64,000 nt of DNA from Phoronis australis. Its lineage: Eukaryota > Animalia > Phoronida. Position numbers and translations under genes: made by a program. Below are positions 13,611 to 27,142 of this stretch, piece by piece (the stretch's first letter is position 1; the number at the start of each line of letters is the position of its first letter). The notes under the pieces are model-generated. The model searched no databases and had not been told where the DNA came from. It saw only the letters and a list, made by a program, of their open reading frames with translations. The stretch lies in the NCBI GenBank assembly GCA_002633005.1, contig NMRA01000169.1, positions 537,387 to 601,386 on the forward strand. The letters run 5' to 3'.

Positions 13611-14107
13611 TCTAACAGTCTCTGTGACAGATGTGGAATAACTGAAGTGTGTTGACATGTCGGCAGACTGTCTGGAGTATTTTGTGGTAGTAACATCTTG
13701 AAGAGTGTCATGACATCTGCTGCAAAATGTCTGATGAAACAGTGTAATGTTGTCACCAATAGGGGGCAGTACTGATACATGCATGCACCCTGCAGGTGTG
13801 CTCACTCAATACATATTCATTTTGTAGCATCATATTTTACTAACATTTTTATTCTGTTTCATTTCACTGTTATTGCACTCAAAAGCTATTTTTGTGTTAA
13901 GATTATATTTGGCATTGACTTTGTTTATCGAGCACCAATGGGAATTGCAGTTCAGCCTTGTAAAAACATTTCTGCGGTGCCAACAGGATACTTGATTCAT
14001 CATTTTTCAGACCGCTGCTTTAACATATTCGAACCAGGTGCTTATGGTTAATAGTAGAAAGACTGAGTATGGTCACCTTCAAGGAATCTGTACATGAGCT
14101 AAACATG

Positions 14108-14188
14108 CACACGCACACACAAACACACACACACCCACACACACCCACTCACTCACACACACACANACACACACACACACACACACAC
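14108..14188. repeat. (CA)n microsatellite containing an assembly n at 14166
   Basis: Direct reading. Confidence 0.95.
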
Positions 14189-15844
14189 CCAATTACACTA
14201 TGTTGGTAATCCTGGTAATCACCTCCTAATGCACATCAGCTCTTGTTGAGATATTGAGTAGCCAGAGTGTCTGAACAGTTTAGTCTGTGTATATATTTAT
14301 AGGCAGTAGATACACCTGGAATTTTGCAAGCCTGTTCAGTTGATTAATTCACTTGGGTGCAGAGAAGGTTGTGCTACCGCGCGCCATGTGGATATACTGT
14401 ACACTATATCGATTCAGTTGCAAGACGCGCAAGCGGGCATCTTATTTGTTGGAAATCTGCCTGTATCAACTCCATGACGACGGTCTGGTGATAATTCAAA
14501 GTTAACACGCATTTTCGGATGGGCACTCGTTTTTGTACTGAAGTTTGAAGCATTCATGATTCTGCACCAAGATAATACATGTGTGGATTCTAGTGTGAGA
14601 AACTGTCTGTTAGAAATCCTACGGATGTCGACTCTTTAAAAATTCTCGGGTCGTAATTTCAGAGATTACTGCACGTTTTCGGTTGAAAAGTTATCTTGTG
14701 GTATCAAACATCGAAGTATGCGTGGATGTCATCGACAAGTGCACTTCTGTGGTTGTGTTTTCTATCTCCCACTTAAAGTGTCAGTGCAAGTGTTTTTTAC
14801 CTGTGTTCTCAGCTGAGACAGATTTTCCGGATTTCATTTCGTTGTGTTGGTGGGCGTATTAATTGGCTGTGGTTGCTAACGAATAAAACACTGTCTCAGC
14901 CACCTGAGCTCTGGTCTCCCACCAGTGTCAATTTTCTGTTCTGGCAACTTTCGCTATAAAACGTATTTCAAGCTTCTTCTGAGGTGTGTAGGTGTTAGGA
15001 ATAGAATGTGTATTCCCTAAGGGGAGCATGTGTATGTATTCAAGTGACCACAGAGTCCCCTGTTGGTGAGATTTGGCATTAGAGCTATTGGAACTTGTTG
15101 GTGTCTGGCTTCAGCAGAGTGGAACAGCAGACTGGGATGTTTATACACGCTTGACTGGTTTCTTGTAATTGGAGTTACCTTTCTGGATATTGTAAACTGT
15201 AGTGATTAGTCCATGTGGTGAACATGAGGTGGTGAATGGTTCAACAAAATTTGAAGGAAGACACTTGACTTGTTTCACTTGGGCTGATACTCCGTGATGT
15301 AATTTCAAATATTTCACATTACTAACGTACCTGCCTGGCTTTGAATAGTGATTTTTTGTGTGAAGATTTATACAACCAGTCTCAACTACTATTGTTAGTT
15401 GAAAGCCAGGGGATTAGGATCTGCAAAGTGGTGAATGTCAGCTGTAATATTCTGGTTGTCAATGGAATGATCAAAAAGCACATTGGTGTCTACTGACGTT
15501 TTGTAGCCTGATTCTAGCATTATGCACTTCTTCGTAACTTTGATTTGTTTTAGAGTGAATTTTTATGTAACTCTTCTTGTTTCACACTAACTGAACCAGC
15601 GAGGCTGTGAATTTACCATTTTGTTTGGTGGTGTACTTTTCATTTAACATTAACAGTCCCTTGAGTATCCCCAGTAACTGAGTCTCACCACAAGTATGGC
15701 AGCTGGTTGAATGAACAAATTACCCTGGAGTGCTTGCCCATGGCTAGCTAATGACCCCATCACCACCACAGAGTGTGTGGCTGGTTTTCTAATCAAGTTG
15801 CTCTGCATCCACCAGAGTGCAGGTTGAGTCTGAGCACAGCGGTG

Positions 15845-15870
15845 CCTCAGTGAGTCAGTCTCTGTTTTGA
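15845..15870 (+). promoter_or_regulatory. AP-1 site with overlapping TCAGT initiator-like motifs upstream of candidate first exon 16220
   Basis: ctcagTGAGTCAgtc, with TGAGTCA at 15851-15857. Motif match only. Confidence 0.3.
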
Positions 15871-16219
15871 TGGCGGTAAACCATTGACCATGGCTTTCCT
15901 GCACTGAATCTTCCTGATTCTTGAACGCGCACTTGACATTTGGTAATTGATTCGCGGAACTTGACGTTATTGCAGCGAGGGATTCCTTGAAGAGGGTTTG
16001 AGATAGTTGCATCATATTTGGAGCAGTATTGAAGTTGTTGTTCAACATTTTTGTTTTGTGTATTTGACTCTAGGCTCAGTTTTTGGCCTTAGGCAATATG
16101 CAGTGTTTTGGCGGAGTTTTGTCGACTTGACTTTCTAAGAAAGGAATCCGTTTGTCTAAGTGGTTGGCTGGAGTTGAACTGACTTGTGAAATAACATTGA
16201 CATTTGGACTTACGAAATC

Positions 16220-16259
16220 ATGAAGATGAAACTGTCTGTGTTCAGGCCAAGGTTGAGAG
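16220..16259 (+). CDS. Candidate alternative first exon, coding part (MKMKLSVFRPRLR+G)
   Basis: aatcATG context; near-consensus donor GAG|GTGAGT at 16259/16260; phase 1 matches exon 38899. Confidence 0.55.
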
Positions 16260-18577
16260 GTGAGTCTTGTGAGAAGAGAACATGTACTATGAAGAGTCTG
16301 TGTACCTGGGTATTAAGTGCTAACAAAACGGTGCACTCAGAGACAATCATTTAGATGTAAAAACATGTGTCTTTAGCGACAAATAATTATCATTAGTTTG
16401 TAATAAAAAATTAAATTATGCCACGATAATTTATTAATTAATTCAGTATTTAACTTAAAATTTCATGATCATTTTGATGTGGGTGTACTCCAACATCATT
16501 GATAGGTCACATTTTGAGCAAGAAATATGCCAAAGTAATTTTGTGCTGAATGACCCAATAGTTGGGTACATTGTGCTATCAAAAATGAACACTAACAGTT
16601 AAAAAACTTCTTAAAATATCTTGCAGTAAGGCCATTTTTGTAAATTATGATGACGGAGTGAGAGGTGATTATTGGCAAAAAAATGCATGCCTTCTCTACT
16701 GCAGTGAGGTTTCAACATCCAACCAGGACTTCATACAATACGACAACTATCTACTTATTAGCACAGCAATAATTTCCGAAATTGTCATTTTCCATTTTTC
16801 AATGGCTGATTACCTTCTTGTAAATACTAAATGTTTAACAAAAGCTGTTTTGTGATATCTGCACACCCTGCAAACCATGATTATCATAGACTTGAATGTT
16901 CTTAATCTTTAATTTATAGAGAAATTTAGCTTAACAGAATTTCACGTGTCATTCAGATTTTTTTGCAAAGTAAGTGAAAAATTACCATATTTCAAAAATG
17001 GGTTTTTCAATTTCTCAGGACATCCAAGATCAATGATGTGTGGCTGTTTTTCATGTCCCCCCCAAGTCAAATTGCTGTTATAGTGTGTTATGTTACTGTG
17101 GAAACTGTGTGTATCTTACATCTCATTTTTTTATTCTGGACAAGCCAATGATCTCCCCGAGCTGATGTTAGCAAGTTAAAACAGCCGCCAATGTTTACTT
17201 GCATTATTTGAAGCCGAAATTGAATTTTATCAATTGTGAAGTTTGGGATATGGGCAATTTTGACATTTATCTTACCATTTCTCAAACATGGGGCTATGTT
17301 TTGAATCTCAAAATAAACTTGGTAGTTTATAAAATTGTTGAAAATAGTTGTCTTAAATTTGCGACGGACGGTGTTGCTCATTTCTAAAATTTGGTTTACC
17401 TCCGTCCTTGAACAAAATAATTACTTTTTCACTGTCCTAAACAGGAGAATTTTTACGTTTTTCAAATATCCACTTCCTGGAACACCACAAATAGTCTCCC
17501 CACTGCTACTAAACCCAGTGACAACTAGTTCCAGAAGTAACCAGTTCTACCTAGCTAGTACTGGGGACAGCCTTGCGTTTCGAAAACTAGGTCATACGAA
17601 ATGTTTTTCTACCTCAACAAAAGAGGAGAGCTCAAGCTAGGTTGCGGGTATTGGTCCTTACATGTATTGGTCCTTACATTATGCACCATCAACTCAATCT
17701 CTCTGATTGCCTTGTTACATTCCTTAGGGCATGTTTGTATGTATTATGCTTTCCTTTCTTGTGACTGTTAATTACACAATTGGGTATTTTGCTGTCTGCT
17801 AGATTAGTGCCATTTGGTGTAATTTCCAGTCAGATGTAGGTAATATACAGAAAACTGCAATGAGTAATCACTGAGCTTGAAAGCCTGCAGCCCAAGTAAT
17901 GATAGATATTGCTTTTGTTTGAGGTTTTAACCTGTGTGCTGTTATTTCGTTTGCTTTGTTTTTGTGCTGAACTTGTAATTAAGATTTTAAAACTGTTGAG
18001 ATCGAGAAATTGAAACTGAACTATAAAAAAGATCAAGAAATAGATAGGAAGCTAGGGGTAACAGTTTGCTAAATTAAACATTCCAAATAGTCTTGAGGTT
18101 AGTCTTGTGTCGTCACGTTCCTGCAATCTAAAAAGTTTTTTTTACAGTATTCACTTTCTTAGTTGAAATCTCTGAGGTTGAAACTTGTTGAGTTGACTAA
18201 CCTCTGTTGCACAATTTCGTGTTTTAAAAAAACTGTAGAGAATACATAAAGTTTGTCATTTTGTTGTTATTGTTATTATTCTGTCTGTTATAAATTAATC
18301 TCGTTATTTTGTTGTTATTCTGTGCATGCGTAATCAATTAACCTGAGTCTAACAACTTTGTGGCAGTTCTAAGTATCCTATAAACAGATGTACACCCTGT
18401 TGGATAAAGTACATATCAGTGCTGCATTTCCTACCAATAACACCAGTCCAGTATAGAAAAAAAGAGCAGAACATAGTGTTACCAAGCAGCATCAGCGTGA
18501 CTTTAATGTAACATATTCATATCGCTGAGGTGGCCACCCCGTGCCCTTTTTGAAAGGGTCAGCCTTCGTCACTATGT

Positions 18578-18585
18578 TGACGTCA
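18578..18585. promoter_or_regulatory. Full palindromic CRE (TGACGTCA) in a small cluster of bZIP-like and CCAAT motifs
   Basis: TGACGTCA at 18578-18585, followed by ATGACG, TTACGTG and ATTGG within about 40 bp. Motif match only. Confidence 0.25.
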
Positions 18586-19000
18586 TTTATATGACGAATT
18601 ACGTGTCAGAAGTGATTGGAGTCGGCTAGTCCCTGGTAGGAACTAGTCTAGTGTTTTTCGAGCTGTGCAGGAAATTTAAATAAGCCAACTTGTACAATCT
18701 ACTGGGTTGGCCGTTCAATGGTCAAGTAGATCCTCATTAACTCTAATTGCTCACTGTAGTAGACAAGGGTGAATGAACTGCTTTCTTAAAGGCATAAAGC
18801 CCCAGGGATTGCGTACTGGTAAATCCATCTAGTGTATTTTCTTAACAGGACATGATAGGTTTTTGGATCGAAAATGTATTTTTTGAGGTTATAATTTGTT
18901 GGGATAGTTTAATTGAATGTATTAGCTTTGATCAGAACTACAAAACAACAAAATTCATTGTTTTTTGGGATTTTATTATAGATCGCTAATTCTCGGCATG

Positions 19001-19125
19001 GTCTGGATAGGTCAGTGGTCAGAGTGACCGACTACTTTAGTGTTTGGGAGACGAGTTCGATTCCCCTGGTCAGAACAGTCGAATGTTTCAGACTGGCTGT
19101 AAAAGCTTGGGATGTAGCCAGTACT
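19001..19125 (+). mobile_element. tRNA-derived SINE head or tRNA pseudogene
   Basis: Pol III A-box-like TAGGTCAGTGG (19008-19018) and B-box-like GAGTTCGATTCCC (19053-19065) at tRNA-like spacing; ends gtctg...cagaac partly complementary; no intact cloverleaf. 3' boundary uncertain. Confidence 0.6.
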
Positions 19126-22100
19126 TTTCACGTAGAGAATGGTTATCTTTAGGTACTTTTTAGAGCCGTTTTCTTGGGCATTTCAATCCCCATTTTGGTC
19201 CCTGTTTTTAATCATCATTTCAGCACGCCAAGTAAAATCTCAACTTTTAATCGTCATTTTGTTACCCACTAAAAATTGCCAAGTAAAATGTGATAGCTAC
19301 AATGAATCTTTGGGGGTACCTGCAAATGGCACAGGTGGGTCATCAAAGACATAACATTTGGACCATTTGCCTTGAAGTACAAAACAAGATGTGGCCAGAG
19401 GGGCACTGAAATCTCCTGACAAACAACAAACCCCCTTACCCCTTACTTGCTAAGAAAAGGTGAGGGAGGGGAGGGGGTGGGGTTCACATATAAATGCTGC
19501 TTCTCGGTGTAAACAAATAATCCATCTGGTGATGTATTGATGAATATGAAGTGTGTTGTCATACACTACTCTGTGAGTTAATGCATAGCTCACACAGGGC
19601 GACCATTAGATAATTGTTTATGAAACACTGGGCATATTTCCACTTGTTTCAACAAAGCCCATGCCTAATATAAATATTACATGTTAATTTCCATCAGCGA
19701 AAAATTATGCTCGACTTTATTTATGTGGCTTCGAATCCTGTGAGGTCTCTCTTTTAATACTCTAAAACTTCCATCCACTTATTTATGCCTTATTTCATTA
19801 AGCAACAAACTGTGTGCAGTAAACTCTGGTCAAACACTTGTCTTGTTTGAATAAACTGACGCATTAGGGGAGAAACTTGATATCTACATAATTATCCCAT
19901 TATGGGCCAGTGTATAAGGTTTGTTTGTCTTTATGTCAGGACAAATTTAATAAACTCTTGTTTTATTGTAATCAGTTTCATGTGTCTGGGTATGCAATAT
20001 GAGACTGCGTCACTACTGGGTCAGCTAGTTTTGGCAAATTATTGGTTACAGTTAGACTTCAAATTTGGATTTTTCATTTGAAATGCTTCCTGCACTGTGT
20101 GTGTTAGTGATCGAACACCAACACCTCGTTGATGCGCAGAAGTTTAATAAGAAGGCAGATGAAGGCGGTCTGAACAGAGGACAGTTTAAACACTTAGAAC
20201 GCTGTTCACAAAGGCATCCAATCAACCATTGAAATGCAAAATGCTATTCTTTTCTCTAGACGGAGCCATCTTTAGACACCCCCAATGACCGTATATAAGG
20301 ACAGTCTTTCACAGAATTGCTCATGGCATCTATTTGTGAAAAAAATATGTGTGGTAGAATCCTAAAACTTTCCCCAGTTTTGTTGGAAATGAACACCAAA
20401 GCTGTAATGTAAAGTAATTTTTTTACTTTTAAGTCCTTCCTGTGGGGACAATCATAACTTCAGTGTTGCGTATCGACTCTCTTGGCGTCAATATGCATGC
20501 AACCAACTGTATTGATACACACCAGGAAATAATACTCATTTCCAAATATACGTCATGTTGTATATTTGGATTTGACTCGTGGTCTCTAAACACCTATTTT
20601 TGAATAGAAGCTCTTGGCCTCTGTTAACTGCGTTGAAGATTTGGCGAAAACTGCAAATGTCAGCAATTTTGCACAAGATATTCTTCTTGAGAAATATTTG
20701 CCAATTAGAAACTGATGACACTTATTTATTCTGCTGTTGTGCATGGTTCCAGGGCACAGATCTAATCTCTGAAACTCATATCCAGTAAACTTTCAAAAGG
20801 TCCAGTGTGATTGGTTAAATTTGGTGTCTAAGTCTGTGAGTCTGATTAGACCTTGGGCCCTGGTCAGATTCCCACATTGCCTAAACTTACAAGAATTTTC
20901 ACATCATCTGTCTCCACTCATTAAATCATGATATATTTATCCCATGTTTTCATTTGCTGTTGGACTTCACTGTGTAGTTGAAAGACAAATACAAGATCAG
21001 TCTCCTCACCAAACACTTGCCATTAAGTGCTGTTGACTTAACCACATGACATTGATGCTGTCCAGTCGTCTGCTTCAGGCTTACAACATCTCCTCCCATT
21101 ATGTCCAACTGTGAACACAAACAGAATGCTGATTGGTTCATTGGTTGTGACACTATTCTTAATTGTCTGTTTATGTGTTCTGTAGATATTTATTTTGGAA
21201 AACTGCTGTTTTCTAATTTCTTTTGCCTTTTGAAATTTTATCTGTTTTTTCATTGTTTTGACACACGTGTGCACAACTGCAAATTCTAGACATAAAGGAT
21301 GTTCTTGGACAAATTGACCTTCAGTATGACAATTGCATTGTCGCCTATAGTTGAAAGATTCAGGTCCTTGTAACCTTTCTTTTCAAACATCAGTTGTGTT
21401 TATTTTGCTATTGCTCTTAGAGTCATTTTGGTGCAGTTCTGTCATAGTGGGAACACAAATTATCGCTGATGTCCCGGTCAACAATAACAACAGTACCTGC
21501 TGTGTTTAAAATATGAATTTTTTGTTTAAATATTTACCATCCAACTTTGATTACTCACTGTTTTGAAATTTGTTCCTTAGTCAAGTCGAAGTGATATCAG
21601 AGTTTGAAAAGAAGTGACAGTGTATTACTTCTTGAGATGATGGCTGTAGGTCTCAAGTTGGCAAGTTATGGCAAACGTGGTCTCAAAGATTATGACCTTT
21701 CAATTCTTTGCCAGCCATTTTCTATAGTAGTTACCATGATACAGTGTTTTGAACAATTGAATATATTTGTTAGAAGCTGTTGAAAAATATACATTTTTCT
21801 GAACTATTTTTTCCCAAAATTAGTCAGATTTTATTGCAGTGATGCACACTGAAAAATGTCTCCCAGTCGTTCACTAGGGATGGTTAAATAGACGAGTAGT
21901 TTTATAGGTCAAAGATAGGAGATTGCGAATATCTCAGAAAAGAGTTTATACAAAGAGATAGCATGCATGTGTACTGTTGTTTATAATTACTACCATTGTA
22001 TAACTCACCTGGGGGAGTTTCTTCTAGTTCATTTCTCATCAACAGGGGAAGTTGTCCTTGTTTACGTTTCAGTGGACTGTTTCCTTCATTGTTAACCCTG

Positions 22101-25100
22101 TTGAGGCAGGTTTTGTTTGAACATAATGTCACTATTGTTCCATAGTGTGATATGTGCGATTCATTCATAGAGTTCATAAGACTCCTCCTGATGGTTTTCC
22201 CTTTCTTTCAATTGAAATTGTAAGTATGCGAATGTTTCATTTTATTGCAGTTTTTAGTTAGAATGTATTAGGAAAAAAATTACTTTTGTGTTTTGGTTAC
22301 AATTTTCACATTTATCTATTTCTTTGTTTCTTCGTTTTTTAAATTTTAAGTGTAATGCAAGTGTAAAGTCTGCACTAAGTTATGAAAATACAAGCTTGTG
22401 TTTGCATTCCGTTTTTTACAAACATTTTTTGGGAGGAACTGATAAAAATCCTTGAAGTTCGCTAAGTAGGAAAGATTGTACACTCACAAAAATAAAGTAA
22501 TTGTCAAAAAAGGTTGATGAATTGTGTTAAAATGATGAAAAATAACACCAAATCATTTTAAAATTAGTGGAAATTTTTATATTAAAAATTTCGACGACTT
22601 TCAACAAGAAGAAATATCCTCGACTTTTTTTAAAACAAAATAAGTACAAAATAATTTCTTTATTCTGTTTTAAGGGAAGTAATAAGTCGTCATTTTTCAC
22701 TTTTAAGGAAATATGTTTTTGATGTACTTGGCTTGTGGTTAGTGGTAAAACTTTGTTTATGTAAATAGGTCGAATCATAAAAATGCAAATCTCCGCCTGT
22801 CTTCATCCCACCTTTGCAAATTAGGAAATGTGGTAAAATATTTATGCCTATTATACGCTTGACCACACATCATATTTGATCCGCTACATTTTGTGCCTTG
22901 ACAATGCATTTAGCGTCAATGTAGCAATCAAGGTTCTCTGGGCATTTAAATCATGCCCACACTTGTTAGACAATACTAGACTCAGAGCTGAAGGTTCGTC
23001 AGAAATGTTTTCACAAGTTTGTGAAGGCACCATGTAAACCTGTTCATGCCTTCATGCTATTTTGTTTGGGGTGTCCCTGGAAAATTAGGATATCCACCCA
23101 TTTAGAGAGGACCCATTTGTTTTGGACTTCGATAAAAATACTAACCCAGTCGTAGAGTTTTGTTCAAGTATGGTAGGTCTTATAGCCATTCTCTAGTATT
23201 TCCCACACAAATAATTAATATTTACCTAAATGGTCATTTTTTGTTTTTCAAAAGCTGCTTCCTTTTTTTGAAATAACAGGATTTTAGTCAAACATGAGGC
23301 AAATCCTATGCTAATATTTGGGGTTTTGTTACCCCACCGCCTAAGTCAGACAGTGACAAACCCATCCTAATGCATTTGCAAGGGCTAGTGGGTTTGCCGC
23401 AATTCTGAAGAAAATCTATTCACTAATTTCTCTTATAATACATCGATTTTAAAAATTCAAAGACTGCTACTATTTACTTTTCAATTTTAAAAAGTAATGT
23501 TGACCCCTTGCTTTACTTATTGTTCGTTTTTTACTTTGAAACTCCTACACGAAACAGGCGTGTTGGTTTACGACCACAATTATCTAATCCACCATATTCA
23601 ACCTAGCCCATGACAAGTGACTAGCTAACTTCAATCAGTGACAACGCCATCAAGCCTTTGATATGCCGAAATCTTCGGGGTAAACAGTGCATGCTTTCTC
23701 GGCCACTCGCGTGCAAATCCTGTTAGCGTAAAATTTGCCTAATGAATGTTGTTTTATGACATCTACACACTACAATACATGCTTGTAATAAATGTTCTTA
23801 ATTATTAAGAAATTTTACAAAATAGAATTTCACTTGTTGACTATATTGTATGGTAAACAAGTAAAGAGTCCATAGTTTCATAAACCTAACTGTATCGTCA
23901 CAATTGTTGCCCTGCTTTAATACCTAATATTAAGCTTATTTCTGTTGGTTTTGTTGTCGGAAAAGTAATCATTTTGTAGAATTTTGAATTGTGATCCTTT
24001 TGTAGGCTACCCAATCAAAAAGGCACCCTTTCTTAGGAAATTCTGTCCAATAAGACACTGAGGGTTGGGAAACTGGTCATGAAAAAGTCATTGATGTTGG
24101 TATTAGTGTAAATTGGTTGGCTGATTGTGGGATAGTCTCATATGGAAATATAAATCTGTGTTCACTCCAACTAAACCTGGCTGTAACTCTTTCCATTGTT
24201 GTGAATGTTATGTAATTGCTACTTTCAAGTAACAGTTAAAACTGTTTTAACACTGGTTTTGGTTGCTAGTTATCAGTGTTATGCTTTCTGATGCATACCA
24301 GTTAGTGCTTTGGTGAGCTCTTGTTTCCAAAGAGATTTGATAGCAGCGCCACCTACAGAGTCATAACTTTTACAACTGCCTTTGCTTGTTTTGTAGATGT
24401 TTTGTAAAACCACTTGGCAAAGTTTCTTTGCTACTTTACAAGAAGGTAATCAGCCATTGCAAAATGGAAAATTACAATTTTGGCATTAATTTTGCGTGAA
24501 GAATTGCAAAATCTCTCTGTAGTCTTAGTCTCTCTGACATCAAACTCACAACTCATTTTTGTATTGTATGTTACTTTTTTGTGAATTCAATAGTAAGTGT
24601 CTTTAAATTTCTTCGTGAAAACATTGTTTATATTGTTTATGCAGCTGATAGTCTGCTGTTCGAGTAAGCTCTTACTAAATCTCCATATTGAAAATCACAG
24701 ACTTGAGTTTGATCAGGACATTTCAAGTTTGAACTCATGTTTGTAGCTACAAGACTGCTAAAACAAAACATGCCTCACAGGTTAAATCATTTTTATGGGA
24801 GTCACTTGTGCTTGCGAACCCAGACAATAAAATTTGATTACTGTTTCCTCTTCGTCAGGTGGAGACTCGTCAAATTAAGTGTTTTTTAATATTTGGTTGA
24901 TGGATAATTTCACAGTTTCTCACTAGCGAGGAATTTTTAATAACTCGGGATATCAATCGTCTCTCTGTCAATCGCTTGCGTTTCCTTGTGTCTACCTTTG
25001 TAAGTTGATTTACACCTACCGTAGCTATTGTCAGATTGTCAATCTTGTTCATTTCCAATGAAGCCCAGGTGTGACTTACCTGTCTGTGTGATGTAATGCC

Positions 25101-25972
25101 TGTCATGTGACTGCACTACAAATCATGCTCACACAGACATACCAGACTGTCTTCAGGTGTTTTGCAGCATGTTAATTTTGTTGATGGTGTCCACCACAAT
25201 AGTTTTAATGATGAAGTACACTATTTATGACCCACTCAGGAATTGAAAATTCGGAAATGTATCACAGCAGTTTATAATGTATTTCTACGACGTAGACATT
25301 TACAATTTGATAAAAAAGTGTCTTAAGTTTGGGCTCCAAAAAGAACACTTTTCCTCAGTGATATTTGTCACAGTTAGACATGACAGTTATCGCTATTCTT
25401 TGTACTCAAACTTTACACAGTTGCCAAATGTCCCGTTTTCTAAAGCTCACTACACTGTTAAAAATGTTCAGAATTTGTGGTGTTTGTTGACTGATGACTG
25501 TACAATATAAAATGTGCAAATAATGAGGTAATTTTCATTGTTTTTATGTTTGTTGAAATAGATTTTGCTGTGCAGCAGTTTGATAACCAGTTTTCTCCAT
25601 TGAGTAAGAGTAATCAAACTGCTTCTCTAAATGGGGGAACTCGTGTATGTGACTCTTGTCTGAAAAAAAATGCGTCCTTCATGTTTTCGGAGCGCCATAT
25701 TGTAAAATCTTTGTTGACCCAAGCGTCAAGTTAAAATTTATTGAAGCTGGTGTGAAAGACTCAGTTTACTCGTAGTTTTCATCCACGCTCTTCTGCTACT
25801 GGAGTTAATTTGGTTGGAGTCTTATGTGTAATAATGGTATTTATTGATTTCTATTCCTTGTGCAATAATCATTTTGTTTTGGTGTATAATGTTCTATAAT
25901 TTTGAGACACACTTTAGCGTTTGAATATTCATCATTAGTCTGAGGTAGCTGCTTTACAGATTACAATAAAAA

Positions 25973-26156
25973 ATAGCAATGAGTGTGCGACTGGCTATAT
26001 AGCAATGAGTGTGCGACTGGCTGTATAGCAATGAGTGTGCGACTGGCTATATAGCAATGAGTGTGCGACTGGCTGCATAGCGACGAGTGTGCGACTGGCT
26101 GCATAGCGACAAGTGTGCGACTGGCTGCATAGCGACGAGTGTGCGACTGGCTATAT
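25973..26156. repeat. Minisatellite, 26-bp unit x7
   Basis: atagcaatgagtgtgcgactggctat and variants at exact 26-bp spacing (core at 25981, 26007, 26033, 26059, 26085, 26111, 26137). Confidence 0.95.
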
Positions 26157-26384
26157 CTAGAGTACCACTGTACTCATAAATCACTAACATCCTTCATTAA
26201 CCTCTTCCATGAAATCCATCTGTGGGTGTGATTGGCTCTTTCGGGAATACAGTCGCGTAAATCGGCAATTGTATCGACTCAACCCTGATGTTTAAAGGTA
26301 ACCTAACTTAGTACGTATCTGAACTTGAAGATGTACAAATAGTGGTAGGGTCTTCCCTGGTGAAGTGAAGTAGATTACTAGACA

Positions 26385-26780
26385 ATTGAACTGTGTTATT
26401 CTCAGCTCTCCAACAAACAGTGGTAAAAATTTTACCTTTTTTCTGGCAAGTTACAGTGTCTCGAGTTAATAGAATTTGGTAGATTTCTAGACTGCTGAAA
26501 TGTGTTTTTCTCAATTCTCAAAGAATATTAACCTTTTTCTGACAAGTTTCATTGTCTCGAATTTAAATAGAATTTGATAAATTTCTAGATGGCTAAACTT
26601 TTGTTTTTTTCACAGTTCTCGAACAAACAGTGGTAAAAATTTTACTTTTTTCTGGCAAGTTTCAGCAACTCAAATTCATAGAACTTGGTATATTTCGAGA
26701 CTGCTCAAGTACGTTTTTCTCAGTTCTCAAACAAAGTCGTAAAAATTCAATCTTTTCTTATAAGTTTCAGCATCTGGAAT
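26385..26780. repeat. Diverged tandem repeat, about 100-110 bp unit, 3-4 copies
   Basis: Recurring ttctcagttctc...aaacagtggtaaaaattt...tttttctggcaagtttca...atagaatttggta.atttctagactgct blocks. Confidence 0.8.
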
Positions 26781-27108
26781 GATTGGACAGTTGCCCTAAA
26801 GTTAAATTGTTGAATTGGACCACTGAGGCAAAAATATTTATTGTATATCTAGGTACTTCAAGCATTCTCCAGCTTTTGATTGTCTGTCATCACTCCTGTA
26901 CTGTATAAGCCCATTAGTATAGTCATTGAAAATCACTCTCATTGTATGTCTGACATCACAATGTAGTTTAATACTGTGTTTAGTGCTGAGTTGCTGATCC
27001 AATTACTTATTGCTATGATCAAGTAAGTCAAGGTTTACCATTGTTTGTGCCCTCCATATTTGAGATTCCTTGATTCAGTTTGCTTGGTTTTTCAAAGGGG
27101 GGTTCGGG

Positions 27109-27142
27109 ATGCAAGAGGACATGAAATTTCTGATTATTAAAC
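27109..27142 (+). CDS. Weak candidate alternative first exon (MQEDMKFLIIK+C)
   Basis: TCAGTT initiator-like motif about 35 nt upstream; donor AAC|GTATGT; phase 1 (C+AG = Gln). Confidence 0.25.

Noticed and set aside
15650-16048. 132-aa minus-strand ORF
   Set aside because: No recognisable domain or splice context; overlaps the putative promoter/UTR of the + strand exon at 16220.
22152-22225. ATG segment MCDSFIEFIRLLLMVFPFFQLK ending at a GTAAGT donor
   Set aside because: Donor falls in phase 2, incompatible with the phase-1 acceptor at 38899; it illustrates the chance background for first-exon candidates.
25973-26156. CRISPR-like appearance of the 26-bp repeats
   Set aside because: Units are directly adjacent with no unique spacers, there are no cas genes, and the context is eukaryotic.
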